This document shows positions 1 to 12,990 of a stretch of DNA of 64,000 bases, piece by piece. The notes below the pieces were generated by a model. The model did no database searches, was not told where the DNA came from, and worked only from the letters and a program-made list of their open reading frames with translations. How positions within the stretch are numbered: the stretch's first letter is position 1; each line of letters starts with the position of its first letter. The stretch lies in assembly GCA_951406725.2 (NCBI GenBank), contig OX597814.1, forward strand, positions 50,654,001-50,718,000. The letters are read 5' to 3'. The position numbers were made by a program, and so were the translations under genes. The DNA is from Octopus vulgaris (Eukaryota).

Positions 1-233
1 CGAAAAGAATTTTTTCCCCATAATGTTAATAGAAGGAATATTAACCAACAATACCAACAACTGAAGTCGGCATTACAAATTTGCTGCACATTCAGAGCAA
101 ACTCTAGCATCGCCACACTTTACTTTTATTCATAGATTGAAAGTATGTCAAAACTTTGTTAACGCGACATCAAAGTCTGCCGTTTTAAGCGCAACTAAAA
201 AACAAACCCGAGCAACGCCGGGCTATACTGCTA

Positions 234-234
<1 letters not shown>
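1..234 (+). mobile_element. Non-autonomous Helitron, 3' end (5' part outside window)
   Basis: Subterminal hairpin CCCG-AGCAACGC-CGGG followed by CTAG|T at 231-235. A near-identical terminus occurs inverted at 13778-13810. Confidence 0.75.

Positions 235-321
<87 letters not shown>
235..321. repeat. (TA)n-(GA)n compound microsatellite
   Basis: Directly visible. Confidence 0.98.
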
Positions 322-326
<5 letters not shown>

Positions 327-1829
327 GAAGAAGGAGTTTAACAACTGAAAGACATTTATAGATAAAGAAATTCTTTGAATTTGTATGTATATTCTGTAAT
401 TACAGTATAAATATATAGTTAAAGTAATAGTTGTGAACTCTGTGAAAACTCGCTCCTAACATAGACAGGATCGATTAGAAAGAAAGAAAGAAAAGAAAGA
501 AAGAAAGAAAAAAAGAAAGAAAGATGGGAAGGAAGGAAGGATGAAAGAAAGAAAGATGGGTAGGAAGGAAGGAAGACAGAAAGAAAAAAGGTGAAAAGGA
601 AGGAAGGAAGGAAAATACAAGTGCAACATATCGTTATGTGAACAGTTTTACCTTTATGAAACACTCCCAGCGGCTTAGTAATTAATCAAATAGCAAAATA
701 TTCCATAAACATAAAGAAATTAATATATAAGAATCACATTTATTCAGAATATTTAAATACTGCTGCAAATTAAATTAAAGTAAATATTATACCTTAATTT
801 CATTATTCAAGACATTTATGAGTTTCTTACAACTGGAACGGAAGAAGTAATTTCTTCCAATACATAGGAAGTAAGTTTCAAGGGTTTTTTTGTTTGTTAT
901 TTAGTTTATTTGTTTTGTCTTGTTTTTTTTTTTATATATATCGATATTATTTGTACAGAAATTAATCACATCGTAAGTAATTACTAACGCAATATTATTA
1001 TTTTAATAACGAACATTTATTATTGGGTAACTCATTAAATAGCTTTTTTTCCTTCTTCAATTATTTACAGAAATGTACCAAGCGCACTGTGTATTTCACT
1101 TGAAAGTACTTGGTTTGTCTTACCTCTGAAGTCAGTATATTAGTAACTGTGTACACGCTGCTTTTGTTAATAGCAACTAACTTATACTATCTAAATCGTG
1201 CTGAAATGAACCCTTCAACTCGGGAACCGCTAGTTCAAGCCTAAAGGTTCCAAGCCAGTTTAAACCCCTTCATCTCAGATGTGTGTTATATTTCTTTTAC
1301 TACTAATTTAAATCGTCAGGAAATTTCGATTGAAAAGAAATCAAGAATGAAATCAATGATCCTATGAATAGCAAATACGAAAGATTTCGCGAAAAATCTT
1401 CCCTAAGTAAATATTTCGATCTTTCTCTTATTACATGAATTATTTTTAGGAAGACAAATGAAGGTATCAGAAATCTCCACTAATATCAATTGTATGTTTT
1501 AATTTATTATCATTATGATAATTACTATTACTTCTACACCAACTACATATACTACTACTACTACTACTACTACTACTATTACAGCTGCTGCTACTACTAC
1601 GACTACTATTTCATTGTATGATAATATATTAGCATTCTTTATCTGTTATATATCTTACTAAATATTGCTGTCTAAAATGCTCATCAATCATAATAATAGT
1701 TTTGTCAGTTGACCCAGACATGATTATTATTGTCTTAATTGGATTTAAGTCAATGAAAGTTATACATACATATATAAAACTCTTCCAAAAGCACCGGTGT
1801 CTAATGAGAACAATTCCCAAAACACTAGT

Positions 1830-2200
1830 TGTTATACTAGAGCTAAGGAAGTTTGGAATCTTGTCAATCTGGCTTAAGTTCGGCTTCAGAATTCAATTCG
1901 AGATTTTCCATGTCTGGCTTTCTCACGTTGTCTTATTTATTAGCTAACCAACGGGAAATGAAACGTGCCTGTGACCCTTGTAGAACCACTGAGGCTCTTT
2001 CGATGTTCAAGTCGATGCTCAATTTAAACATCTGTAGGTTTACATATGCAGAGAAACATGGCGGATATGGAATTCCAGAAGTAAAACAAATACAGCAGAA
2101 TGTTATGTAGGATCTGAATAATTTGAGTCAGTATGGAAAACGATATGAAAAAAGACTGGTATGATGAATAGGTGTGGATTGAGGGGGATATGTATTGATT
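1830..2200 (+). pseudogene. Highly decayed CR1/L2-group LINE reverse transcriptase relic
   Basis: Broken-frame peptides ELRKFGI, SYLLANQR, RFTYAE (YADD position) and DLNNLSQYGKR occur in the order expected for CR1-group RT. Confidence 0.35.
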
Positions 2201-3420
2201 ACGTCTTGATATTGTTGAAGGAGACTAGGTTGCCACTGAAATATGTTTTGAAGGTCTCTTTTAATAAAAACTATACTGTTCTGACCGACGATTACCTAGG
2301 ATGCATGTGTTGAAGTCTACCTACGGAAGATAGAGGAAAATTAAGGGGAGGAACCATATGCATAGGGGTATGCGCAGTTAGAAATAACAGAAATTAGATC
2401 ATTAAAGAGCAGAAGGATAACTGTGTGAAACATGACCCATCATTGAGCTTCACCAAAATTGAGGAGTTGTAAGTTGGGCAGAACCCTGTAATGGATTGGT
2501 CCGGTGAGAAATTTTCGATTATACTGGGAGATGGATCCACGAAGAGGTGAGCAAACTATATGGAAGATATCCATTCTAGGCGCTGTCGATGATTATGTTG
2601 GTGTCAATAGCAACAACATTACCTCTCTAAAGTTCTCAACGTAGGAGACCTTTGGTGTGTAACACATGAAAGTAGATTTCCGTGAGGTGATCATTGAGTG
2701 GGGAACCAGCACTTAAGGTGATAGCAAATGTGCCTCTGTAATTTGGTTCTTTATTAAATACAAATGTTATTTGAAATTAAAAACTTCGTTGATTAACAGA
2801 GCATGGTATTCTAAAATACAACATTGTAGAATTTATAAGATTAACAAGAAACCAATAACTTATATATCATTAAGATATACTAAATGCTTGAACTTAATTA
2901 AAGCCATTGATTTATGACTGGTGACTAGGAATAAAAAATACATTCGCGAAACCTCACTAAAAAGTTCAGATGACCGAGTTGTTCATATCCTGTCACCAGC
3001 CCTGTGTAGTGTACGTGGGCAAAATATTTAAATCTCTAGTGATCTACCCGCTCCATCTATCTGATAACGTACAACACAGTTGGAGGTACAACTCCCGGCT
3101 CTAAGCAATGACAGCAATGAAAATTTAATTAGTACTTGAAAGTGTTGAGTTCAAATCTTTCTTTAGATATTCTTTGGAAAAACTCAGTGGGTTGAAATAA
3201 TAATCTTTATTGGGAGCTTCTAAGACCAATGCTAGTTTTAACCCCACCACCCTCATCATCACCACGTAACTTTTGGGTGCTTTAGCGGTGTGCACTCCGT
3301 TGCAAACATTCGGGTTTGATTTCTGGTCTGATGATAACTTCCTCCACTCCCCCAATTGTCTCTGAGGAGTTAAAATAAAAGATCAAGTGTGCTACCCTTT
3401 CTTCTCTAACTATGTTTTTT

Positions 3421-3650
3421 TTTTATCTTTTACTTGTTACAGTAAGTGGACTGCAGCCATTCTGGTGCACCGTCTTCAAGGGTTTTAGACGAATGAACCA
3501 ACCCCAATATTTAATTTTTTTAAGCCCTGTTCTATTTTATGATACTTATTCTATCGTAGACTTTTGTCGAACCGCTAAGTAACGGGGACATAAACAAACC
3601 AACATCACTGTCAGGAGTTGGTAGGGGACAAATACAGACACATACACATA
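3421..3650 (-). mobile_element. SINE family B, 3' half
   Basis: Matches the 3' part of 38612-39001 (CCGAACCGCTAAGT..ACGGGGAC and GACTGCAGCCAT motifs). Confidence 0.75.
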
Positions 3651-3888
3651 AAATATACATATAAGCGTTAAGCTGTCGTACGTCCAAATTTGGCCAAATG
3701 AGTTTTTTTTTGGGTTTTTTTCAATATTTAATTTTGCTTGCAACAGTCGGTTCTTTTGGTTAAACTATCGAATCTCCAGCTGCTTCAGATATGAAAATTG
3801 TAAAAGTGTAGTACAACGGTTTAGCATTTTTCAAAAGTATAGTAAGTCCTACATACGACAGTTTTGCAAAAATATTTCTGACTGAAAA

Positions 3889-4118
3889 GGGGCGGCGAGC
3901 TGGCAGAATCGTTAATACGCCGGGCGAAATGCTTAGCAGTAATTCGTCTCCCGTTACGTTCTGAGTTCAAATTCCGCCGAGGTCGACTTTGCCTTTCATC
4001 TTTCGGGGTCGATTAAATAAGTACCAATTACGCAGTGGGTCGATGTAATCGACTTAATCCCCTTTGTCCGTCCTTGTTTGTCCCTTCTATGTTTAGCCCC
4101 TGTGGGCAATAAAGAGAT
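3889..4118 (+). mobile_element. SINE family A (tRNA-derived), full length with TSD
   Basis: A-box-like TGGCAGAATCG, B box GAGTTCAAATTCC and central GCCTTTCATC..GGGGTCGAT (resembles the Meta domain). A 19-bp TSD AAATATTTCTGACTGAAAA lies at 3870-3888 and 4119-4137. Confidence 0.92.
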
Positions 4119-4294
4119 AAATATTTCTGACTGAAAATACCATACATGCATGGAGTTTCGATTTTATGCACCCAACAAAGTATCATTGTTAAGCTGAAGC
4201 TGTTGCTAATGTAAAAAGAAATGGAAAGGTGAAGATATGTTTTCATTTTCTGAAAAAGCAACGTTTTAGACTTACGACACTTTTGCATAATAAT

Positions 4295-4500
4295 ATTTTA
4301 CTGTATTGGGCGTTACGTCCATCCGTCTGTCTGTTCCCTATTCACGGTCAAACGACTGAACCAATGGTCACGATGTTTTTCGGGATTACGAAGAAGGTAA
4401 TCAGGAAGGTCTTTTAGCGAAAAAAATGTGAAAAAGTATGATTATTTAGTTGATATTGAGTTTTGTATTAATAAACCACCTTTGATTTTTTTTTAAATCT
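4295..4500 (+). mobile_element. Possible 5' portion of a non-autonomous Helitron
   Basis: CCGTCTGTCTGTTCCCTATTCACGGTCAAACGACTGAACC..AGGAAGGT resembles the usual 5' body of animal non-autonomous Helitrons. Termini were not found. Confidence 0.35.
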
Positions 4501-5182
4501 CGGCGACGAGGATTAACTCACGATTCCCAACCACTCCCCTATTGTTCGTGAATTTAGAGGGTTTAGATTTCGATACCATTCCTTTATTTCCCATCGTAGA
4601 TGGGCAGATTTGCTATCATACTATAATGGACGTTATGTTCATCTGTCTGTACCTTGAATGTGCCTCGTTTACCCTTATCAGACGGGTAGTCATGATGGGT
4701 ATACTGGGCTTCGTATATAGCAGCACCTCCCCCTCAACCCTCACCTTCCTCTTCAAATGATGTTTGAAGAAATGGAAGACGGGTCCACCACACAGCCTCT
4801 TTTGCCACAGCCACTAAGCAGTGAAAGATCTGCCTTCCTTCTCTGCTAACGAAAGGTGGTGTGTCGATCTTCACTATACACTCGACAGACAGCTGAATTC
4901 GTCTTACACGTGACAACAGCTACTCCACACAGTCCCACAAATCTCTAATGCACGGACACTGAATTATTGCATGCAACGGTTTCGTCCCCCTGCAAGCATC
5001 TCGGCCAGGTTCGATTGTTGGCACTTCAATACCTGAAGAGCTTGTCTCGAACAGGCAATGCCCCTCTGTAATACTGCCAAGCTAAAGACTTTTGGAAATT
5101 GCCCATGATCTTCGACCCGAAGGTCCTCTGGAAAGAGATTAGTCAGACTGTTCTCGTCGATGCCTAGACTCAATCCTAGACC

Positions 5183-5251
<69 letters not shown>

Positions 5252-5255
<4 letters not shown>

Positions 5256-5809
5256 GCCCTGATGCAGTACCAGGCAGTGGCTCTCATGGCTTCTGATCTT
5301 AACTGATTGGAAGTGTTATCATGTACATTGTTTTGTCTTGGTATAAAAGATGGGCTACAGCAAATATTCTGCTCAATACCACAGATTTGCTTGTCAGTTG
5401 TTTGACCTTAACCAGTTGAGCATGTCCCTTAGTGGCTGACGATATGCGCATCTCTGATCACGAGCAGAAGTAGTGGGGGAGCATCATAGCCATGTGTTGA
5501 GAGGGATTCTTTGGGGTTTGAATAATTCACCTCTGGAAACATGGGTGGTTCTTTCAACATCCTTAAACAACCCTTATTCAGGGACCTTTTGAGCGGGATG
5601 GGCTACTCAACCTGAAGAAAATTCTAACTGGGCCCCACCTGCAAGGTCATGTGCTGTTTATCTTGATATGAGATCACCATGTCGCGCACATATGGTTGTG
5701 ATGCATGTGCCTGGTGTACCCTTATCAGACGGGTAGTCATGATGGGTATATTGGGCTTCGTATATTTTACCCCAGTGTCACTTTGATGGCATGCACTGCT
5801 CTCTCACTC
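5252..5809. mobile_element. ~560-bp non-coding interspersed element embedded in (AAT)n
   Basis: A GC-richer block bounded on both sides by long (AAT)n tracts. It shares ACCCTTATCAGACGGGTAGTCATGATGGGTATA.TGGGCTTCGTATAT with 4671-4718. Confidence 0.6.
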
Positions 5810-5857
<48 letters not shown>

Positions 5858-5858
<1 letters not shown>

Positions 5859-6012
5859 GTTTCAATTTTGCCACAAGGGCAACAGTATTAGTGGGGAAGG
5901 ACATGAGTCGAATACATCGACCTTAGTGTTCACCTGGTACTTATTTTATCGACCCTGGAAGGATAAAGGGCAAAGTCGGCTTCGGCGGAATTTGAAATCA
6001 GAAGGAGCGCTT
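5858..6012 (-). mobile_element. SINE family A, short-tail variant, decayed
   Basis: Reverse complement of the B box and the CCTTTTATCCTTCCAGGGTCGATAAAATAAGTACCAG domain. Confidence 0.7.
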
Positions 6013-6301
6013 AGCTCAAGATCACATACATTTTTATGCATATATATATATATACACATATAAATACACACACACACACACACACACATAGGGAGAGAGA
6101 AAGACGGAGAAGGAAAAACAGAGTGACTTGCATGTGTACTCTTTCGTACGTTCACAAAGATTACGATAAATAATAATATGTAAGGCAAAATACTTTTCTC
6201 TTTTCATTATATTCCCTTCATTGTTTCATATTTATATATACATATTTGTGTGTGTATTTATGCCTGTATGTGTGTGAATGTGTGCGAGCTTTTATGCATC
6301 A

Positions 6302-6352
<51 letters not shown>

Positions 6353-6494
6353 TGCACACAGAAATATATATGTGCATGTATGTTTGTGTGTTGTATGTGT
6401 ATGTTTGCATGCATGTGTATATATATATGTGTATATATATATATATATTATAGATGTGTTGTATTATGTGTGTGTGTATGTATGTGTGTATGTA

Positions 6495-6574
<80 letters not shown>

Positions 6575-8038
6575 TATTTGTCGAATATCTTATCCCCTAA
6601 TTCTACAGGGTGTAATGTCTGCATTGAGGTAAAAATTCTCTGAAAAATAATCTCCAATCGAAACATCTTTTAAGTAAAAGGCTTTATTAAATAAAGCTCA
6701 CGCAAGAGCCATTTATCTCTTATCTGATGGTGTTTAGTTTTGTAGCATTGAAAAATCATCGGTTTAATAATTCAAAAGCTGTGAAATGCGGAAAATAGGA
6801 AAACTCATGAACAATGTTTTTCACAAATGAAAAGCCAACTGAGAAAAACAGCTTATCGAAATATCTAATTATCTTTGATAACCACACACACATACACACT
6901 CACATACATACATACATACATACATACATACATACATACATACATACATACATACATACATACATACATACATACATACATACATACATACATTCATACA
7001 TACATACATATATATATATTTCTTCAAAAGTTCCATATATATATATATATATACATGCAATATCATCTGAGGCGAAACTACAACTTAAGATTTTATCTCA
7101 TTTGCACAGATGCTTAGTTGTGTCAAAAACATAATTCTTTTGTTAACTTTTTAAATGCAGCTAGTCCAGGTGAGGTTTCCTTTTGAAAACAAAAAGACGT
7201 CCAATATGATTATGGTTCTACTTCTTCTCCGGAACTTTGACAATATTTCAAGCCATTGCCATTGCCATAATGTTTCGTGTTTTGCGTCGAAATTTTCGGG
7301 ACTGTCCATCATTTTATATTAAATGCTGATAGTAATATTTTTTCTTCATGAAATTTTCTCCGACTTCTTACACATCTCTTTCACTTCCTATCACATTTTA
7401 GACAACGGTGAGACTGCTGCTGATTTTGTAGCGACTTGGGCAGCAAATAGTTCATATCTTCTCACCTGAGCTGTGAGTTATATCTATGACCAAAAATGTT
7501 AATACCTAAATATCTGTAAACAGGTAACATGGGAGTGTAAACAGTGGCAGCACCAGGTATTTCATTGTCTGGCAGTGTTGATTTCAAAGCTTTACTAAGT
7601 GGCCCGCTTAATTCCAAACTAGACCTTTTTTTTTTTCAAATCAGCTCTTAATCAATTCAAATTATTTTTAATGTCGTGTTCATTTTCTAACATGTATTTT
7701 CTCTTTCTACAAACCTTCTGTTGATTACACACAACTGTACATCCTAAAGTATTAATAAAGTACTCTTGTTTGAATTTTCATACTTTTGTTTTAATTTTCC
7801 TTGGTGTAAATATTGCAGATTTTATTTTCAATATATATCCACACTTCTCTATCTTAAGCTTTAGCTTCTTGAAACAGACATCGGGGAGCGAGATTTAAGA
7901 TCTTAGGCAGACAAGATCGATTTCGACTCTCAACTGCAACCAACTCGCATCAATTGCATTGATCCGGTGAAAAATAATGATTCTGTCATTTTCCATTTAT
8001 TCATTCTTTGCAACTCTGAAAAACAAACCGATATATAT

Positions 8039-8225
8039 ACTCTTTTACTCTTTTACTTGTTTCAGTCATTTGACTGCGGCCATGCTGGAGCACCGCCTTT
8101 AATCGAGCAACTCGACCCCGGGACTTATTCTTTTGTAAGCCCAGTACTTATTCTATCGCTAAGTAACGGGGACGTAAACACACCAGCATCGGTTATCAAG
8201 CAATGCTAGGGGGACAAACACACAA

Positions 8226-8270
<45 letters not shown>

Positions 8271-8406
8271 CGACAGGCTTCTTTCAGTTTTCGTCTACCA
8301 AATCCACTCACAAGGCATTGGTCGGCCCGGGGCTATAGCAGAAGACACTTGCCCAAGATGCCACGCAGTGGGACTGAACCCGGAACCATGTGGTTGGTTA
8401 GCAAGC
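8039..8406 (-). mobile_element. SINE family B (tRNA-derived, internal (TA/TG)n)
   Basis: Reverse-complement match to 38612-39001, including B box GGTTCAGTCCC and the (GAGTAAAA)n tail. Confidence 0.9.
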
Positions 8407-8407
8407 T

Positions 8408-9157
8408 CATATCAAAGGGAAATGGGATTTAATTAAAATTAAAATATTCAATCAAAATTTACATTTCCAGTGGTCTAACGTGCAAAAATAATTAGTCAAG
8501 AAGACTATATATTAGTCATACGATATAGTGCATATTTATACACATAAGGAATCCACTTTACGTGAATTCAACACATTAGAGAGAACAGCTAGGTTCTGTA
8601 AACCACAAAAATAACGGCTAAAATTCGACAGGAATAAATTTGGAAATGAAAAAACATTTACCATCTAGTACTCAGGACCAATTGGTTTCTGATCTTTTTT
8701 AGCGAGTCAGGAGGAACTCACAAGGTCTGATCTTCTTCAGCAAGGTCCAACCTAGGGTTAAACATATTCAACAGGAGACAAACAAGGCTACTTGTCTCGT
8801 GTTCATACGAACTAACTTTTCAAATTTTACTGCGCAATCGCAGTCCATTCGCTGGCAACAATAAAAACCGCCAACTTTTAACCGAAAATTATCCAAAAAC
8901 TTACAATATTTAATCATATCAAAGGGAAATGGAATTTAATTAAAATTAAAATATTCAATCAAAATTTACATTTCCAGTGGTCTAACGTGCAAAAAAAATT
9001 AGTCAAGAAGACTATATATTAGTCATACGATATAGTGCATATTTATACACATAAGGAATCCACTTTACGTGAATTCAACACATTAGAAAGAACAGCTAGG
9101 TTCTGTAAACCACAAAAAGTGGATTCCTTATGTGTATAAATATGCACTATATCGTAT
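8408..9157 (-). mobile_element. Penelope-like element terminus: tandem pLTR-like repeat plus short inversion
   Basis: ~204-bp direct repeat (8408-8611 and 8915-9118), a 40-bp inverted copy (9118-9157), and a hammerhead motif between the repeats. This is the arrangement typical of PLE insertions. Confidence 0.6.
8668..8748 (-). ncRNA. Hammerhead ribozyme-like motif (type I, extended stem II)
   Basis: Minus strand reads CTGAAGA, GATC/GATC stem with inner GTGAGT/ACTCGC hairpin, then GAAACCAATTGGTC with palindromic stem III and a GUC triplet. Stem I is weak. Confidence 0.5.
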
Positions 9158-9175
9158 ATATATATATATATATAT

Positions 9176-9295
9176 TGGCCTGCTCAATTAGCCAGCGGGG
9201 TGGCGTCATTCGAAGGCTAAAACAATGCGAAGGCATTGTGACCAGCGATGTGTAGCAACATCTGATGGTCTGGTCGATCACGTGATATCACGTGA
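9176..9295 (+). mobile_element. SINE family C, isolated 3' tail
   Basis: Matches 34591-34697 and 48665-48786. Confidence 0.85.
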
Positions 9296-9309
9296 TGTGT
9301 ATATATATA

Positions 9310-9357
<48 letters not shown>

Positions 9358-9360
<3 letters not shown>

Positions 9361-9546
9361 AGAGTTAACGAAAAAAACAAAAGACAAAGACAGGTGGTGT
9401 ACAAAACAAACAGATGTATTAGTATAACGCTCAGGAATAGAAAAAGTCTTTTACGTTTCGAGCCTACGCTCTTCTACAGAAAGAGACACAGAAAAAACAA
9501 GGAGAGAAAAAAATGTGTAGTGGCTAACGATCTATCATGGCGACTG
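9358..9546 (-). mobile_element. Short PLE-derived unit carrying a hammerhead motif
   Basis: Homologous to 30250-30410 and to the 3' terminus (49308-49491) of the RT/GIY-YIG element. Flanked by (TA)n. Confidence 0.75.
9446..9485 (-). ncRNA. Minimal type I hammerhead motif, variant core CTGTAGA
   Basis: TCTTT-CTGTAGA-A-GAGC gtag GCTC-GAAACGTA-AAAGA: 5-bp stem I, 4-bp stem II and palindromic ACGT stem III. Confidence 0.6.
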
Positions 9547-9553
9547 ATATATA

Positions 9554-9598
<45 letters not shown>

Positions 9599-11039
9599 TA
9601 TAAACTTATCTCACACACCTTCACCAACCCCCAATAAGCACTCGAACTATTCATGAATTTATATATTTAATGTCTGGTCGATGAGGAAATGAGAATTGAT
9701 CACCTATATGCTTTTCATGGTGGAATTGGTGAAATGAGGTAAAGAAATATAATGGTGTCACCTGAGAATCGAAACTAAAAACTTGAGTCAGCTTATAGAG
9801 AAATTCACATTGTACAATGCTGTCTCCTTATAACTAAGGTTACATGTCACTGACTTCTCGACTGACACGCCAGCTGTTACACTTTAACTGTCAGTCAAGA
9901 AGATTTCCTATGCAACATAGACTTTTTATTATCGCTTCGTTTTCACCAAATCTTCATTATTTTCCTGATTTTAAATTCTTCCTAAAAAAAAGCACCAAAA
10001 ATATCACAATCTCATATGCATCGTTTATGTTTTGTTTCATTCTGACAAGTTTATACATCTTACATATATCGTCTGCCTTTTCTTTTACTGTAGTGAGCTT
10101 GTAAACCACTTCTACATTTGTCATTTGCGTGTTGTGAGTTTGTTTGGGTTTTTTTAATAAAAGATGCTTTTTTTTTTCTCGAGATATTTTTCTTATCTAA
10201 CGAAGAAAGCATGTTTCACATATCCTGAAGAATTTTCCTCCATCAAATTAAACTTGGTTCTATGTTTTTGAAATTTTTTTTCTGATCTTTCCTCGTTTCC
10301 TTTATCGTATTTACTTTTCGTAAAGAGAACTTTCAACTTGAGAACATTTTCTCGAGTTGTCTTCAAGAGTAATAAAATTTCAGATTGCTATAATTTTCGC
10401 TTCTTTTGATTATACAAAAGTAGCGAGTGTAGAGATTGTCATGCCTTTCCAACCGACATAAATGGACATTGGATGTAAGTAAAATTGGCTAAAAATGGAT
10501 TCAGCTGAGAATCGAACCTGGTATGGAAAATTAACGTGCTGGTTGCTTACTTCCTACGTGAAGATGCTCGTCGAATAGTATAGCTATCAAACAGGTTTAT
10601 TCTGATTAGGAACAAAGACCTCATATTTCAGTGAAGTCAAACGACGTCAGATGGGGATAGAAATAAATGATATATATCACTTTATCCTTATCATTGATAT
10701 AGTGAGAGTAATCGAATTAGACAGTATTAGAACTTGAACCTATCATTTCCAAAGACTTTATCGTTGCGAGAACGTTAAAAACTATATTTGTTATGTTCAG
10801 TTTATGATTCTTTACCATACAATTATGTCGAGAAGAACAAGAAAGTTTACAAAAACTTACTATTATTATCAAAACCTTTACCGCCGCTAGCTCTATCGCC
10901 ATCACCACCGTTATCTTTATTTCTATTTTTACCACCACTACCACCACCGCTGACGACAATATTTCCACCAACAATATCCCCACCGCTGCCTTCTCTGCCA
11001 TCAAAATCATTATAACAATCGTATTCGTAACAAACAGCC

Positions 11040-11450
11040 ACAAGATACCCTCAATAAAATGTGTTTGCAATAAAGATGAGCCTGTGATACTCGGAGCGCT
11101 CTTGAATATTGAAAGTACCTGGAAATGTCTTATGAGCAGTCGTTTATTGTCCTCGAGGTATACATTTGCATACTTTACGACCACTTTATGGGATTCTTGT
11201 AGGTATTAACAGTTTTAGAACAAAGCTTAAAATATACCGGAAACTTACATAAAAGTGGCTATTTTATAAGGACGAACACATAATTCCTTTATGAACAGCT
11301 AAACAGTGAAAAGCACTAGTCAAGGGAAGAACTAAATATTAACAAAGAATCGAAAGTTAGATAATTTATTTTAGATAAGGGAATTAAACAGAAGCATTCT
11401 GAGTTGCATTTGAAAATGAAAGCTACTCGTTATGTTGTCAGCTTCTCAAA
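11040..11450 (+). pseudogene. Very decayed PLE GIY-YIG endonuclease relic
   Basis: Broken-frame peptides KCLMS/VVYC, KYTG and HNSF..KSTS are collinear with the relic at 30640-31040. Confidence 0.3.
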
Positions 11451-11888
11451 ATACATGGGAAATTCATTTGCTATATATATATATATATATATATATATCA
11501 TTCTTGCATAAATTACATTGGTCTCCAGTAATTAAGAAAGTCAATTCAAATCACTGAACCCATTTAAGAGAATCCCTTCGACACATATAACCATGATTAA
11601 TCACAAGAAAAAAACCTGAAGTCTCTGAAGAAATAAAAGAAAATTAGAAGCGGCTACTATTTTTGATAATTACGACACATTTTTTCACATAACCATTGAA
11701 CACATTTATAAACTAAAACCGTTAAGAAATCACACATTCCCTTAAACCTAACTTTTATCATTCAAAATTAGTACTGACTATAGCTATAAAATATATCTTG
11801 GTATTCTTCACTTGCTTCTATTTCTATTAAGACTTTATTTATTTCACTAATACCAAAACTATATTAATTTAACATGTACTAGTTATAT

Positions 11889-12170
11889 GTGGAGGATCGC
11901 GGTTTCGATTCTCAGACCAGGCGTTGTGTGTGTTTATTGAGCGAAAACACCTAAAGCTCCACAAGGCTCCGAGCAGAGGGTGGTGGCGACCCCTGTTGTA
12001 CTCTTTCGCCCCAACTTTCTCTCACTCTCTCTTCCTGTTCCTTGAGTAACGCTGCGATGGACTGGCGTCCCGTACAGCTGGGGGGGGGGGACACATACGC
12101 CACAGAAACCGGAAAACCGTGCCCATAAGCCTGGCTAGGCTTGAAAAGGGCGCATAAATAAATAAATAAA
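11889..12170 (+). mobile_element. SINE family C (head deleted) with V-domain-like tail
   Basis: GGTTTCGATTC B box and body shared with 34438-34697. Its tail differs: GCGATGGACTGGCGTCCCGT... ending in (TAAA)n. Confidence 0.85.
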
Positions 12171-12441
12171 TTATATCTCTGTCAGATATACGCGAGTTGT
12201 TTTAGACAACTCAAAGCCTTCTCTACATTGTGGGTGCATTCTATACATAGTAGATGAATTAGCTAGTATGGACAAATGGTAGGGCTGGATTTGTAAAAGT
12301 TAAATGTAGGAAAAGAAACTAACCTAGTAATTAAAACATTTAGATTTTAACATATTTCAAAATATAAAAGAAACTCAATATTTCTGAATAAAATTTCAAA
12401 TAGCCTGAATACTGTAAGTCATCCGTAGCAAAGTTTAAGAA

Positions 12442-12596
12442 AAGCTGTGGTTAAGAAGATCACTTTGAGCAGCCACATGGTTCCAGTTTCGATACTACTG
12501 CGTGACACCTTACGCCAGTGTCTTCTACCAACCTCGGTTGACCAATGCTTTGACCAATGAAATTCGGCAGGCAGAAACTGTTCAAAATCTCGCCAT
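12442..12596 (+). mobile_element. SINE family B, decayed 5' half
   Basis: GTGGTTAAGAAG..CCACATGGTTCC..CTGCGTGACACCTT..GTGTCTTCTAC. Confidence 0.65.
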
Positions 12597-12852
12597 ACAT
12601 GTGTTTGTGTATACTGACCTAAAAAAGTATCTGTGCCTTCTATTTAGGTTCGTAAAGTGAGGTAACTATCTAAAGGTACATAATTTTGGTGAACTCAACC
12701 ATTCGATAAAGTTCGATAAATTATATGTAGCATATTAATTACTGAGGTTACATACGCACGTATTTGCGTGTGCGTGTATGTGTGTGTACATATACAAACG
12801 TACACACACACACACACACCACACACAAACACACACAAACACACACAAATGT

Positions 12853-12990
12853 GTGTGTGACAGGCTTCTTTCAGTTTCCGTCTACCAAATCCACACAAAA
12901 GGTTTTGGTCGGCTCGAGGTTAAAGTGGAAGACACTTGCCTAAGATGCCTTGCACTGGGACTGAACGCGGCACCAAGTGTTTGGAAGCAG
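12853..12990 (-). mobile_element. SINE family B, 5' half
   Basis: GACAGGCTTCTTTCAGTTTCCGTCTACCAAATCCAC..GAAGACACTTGCC as in other copies. Confidence 0.8.

Noticed and set aside
3669-4290. TTAA-flanked TIR element with GTCGTA/TACGAC motifs
   Set aside because: The inverted matches are short and the right end and TSD could not be fixed.
6598-6636. 20-nt micro-exon (CTACAG|...GAG|GTAAAA)
   Set aside because: Weak donor and short pyrimidine tract; expected by chance.
7150-7800. Possible Tc1-like transposase 5' relic on the minus strand
   Set aside because: Only vague GRP-like hints; no convincing motif or TIR pair.
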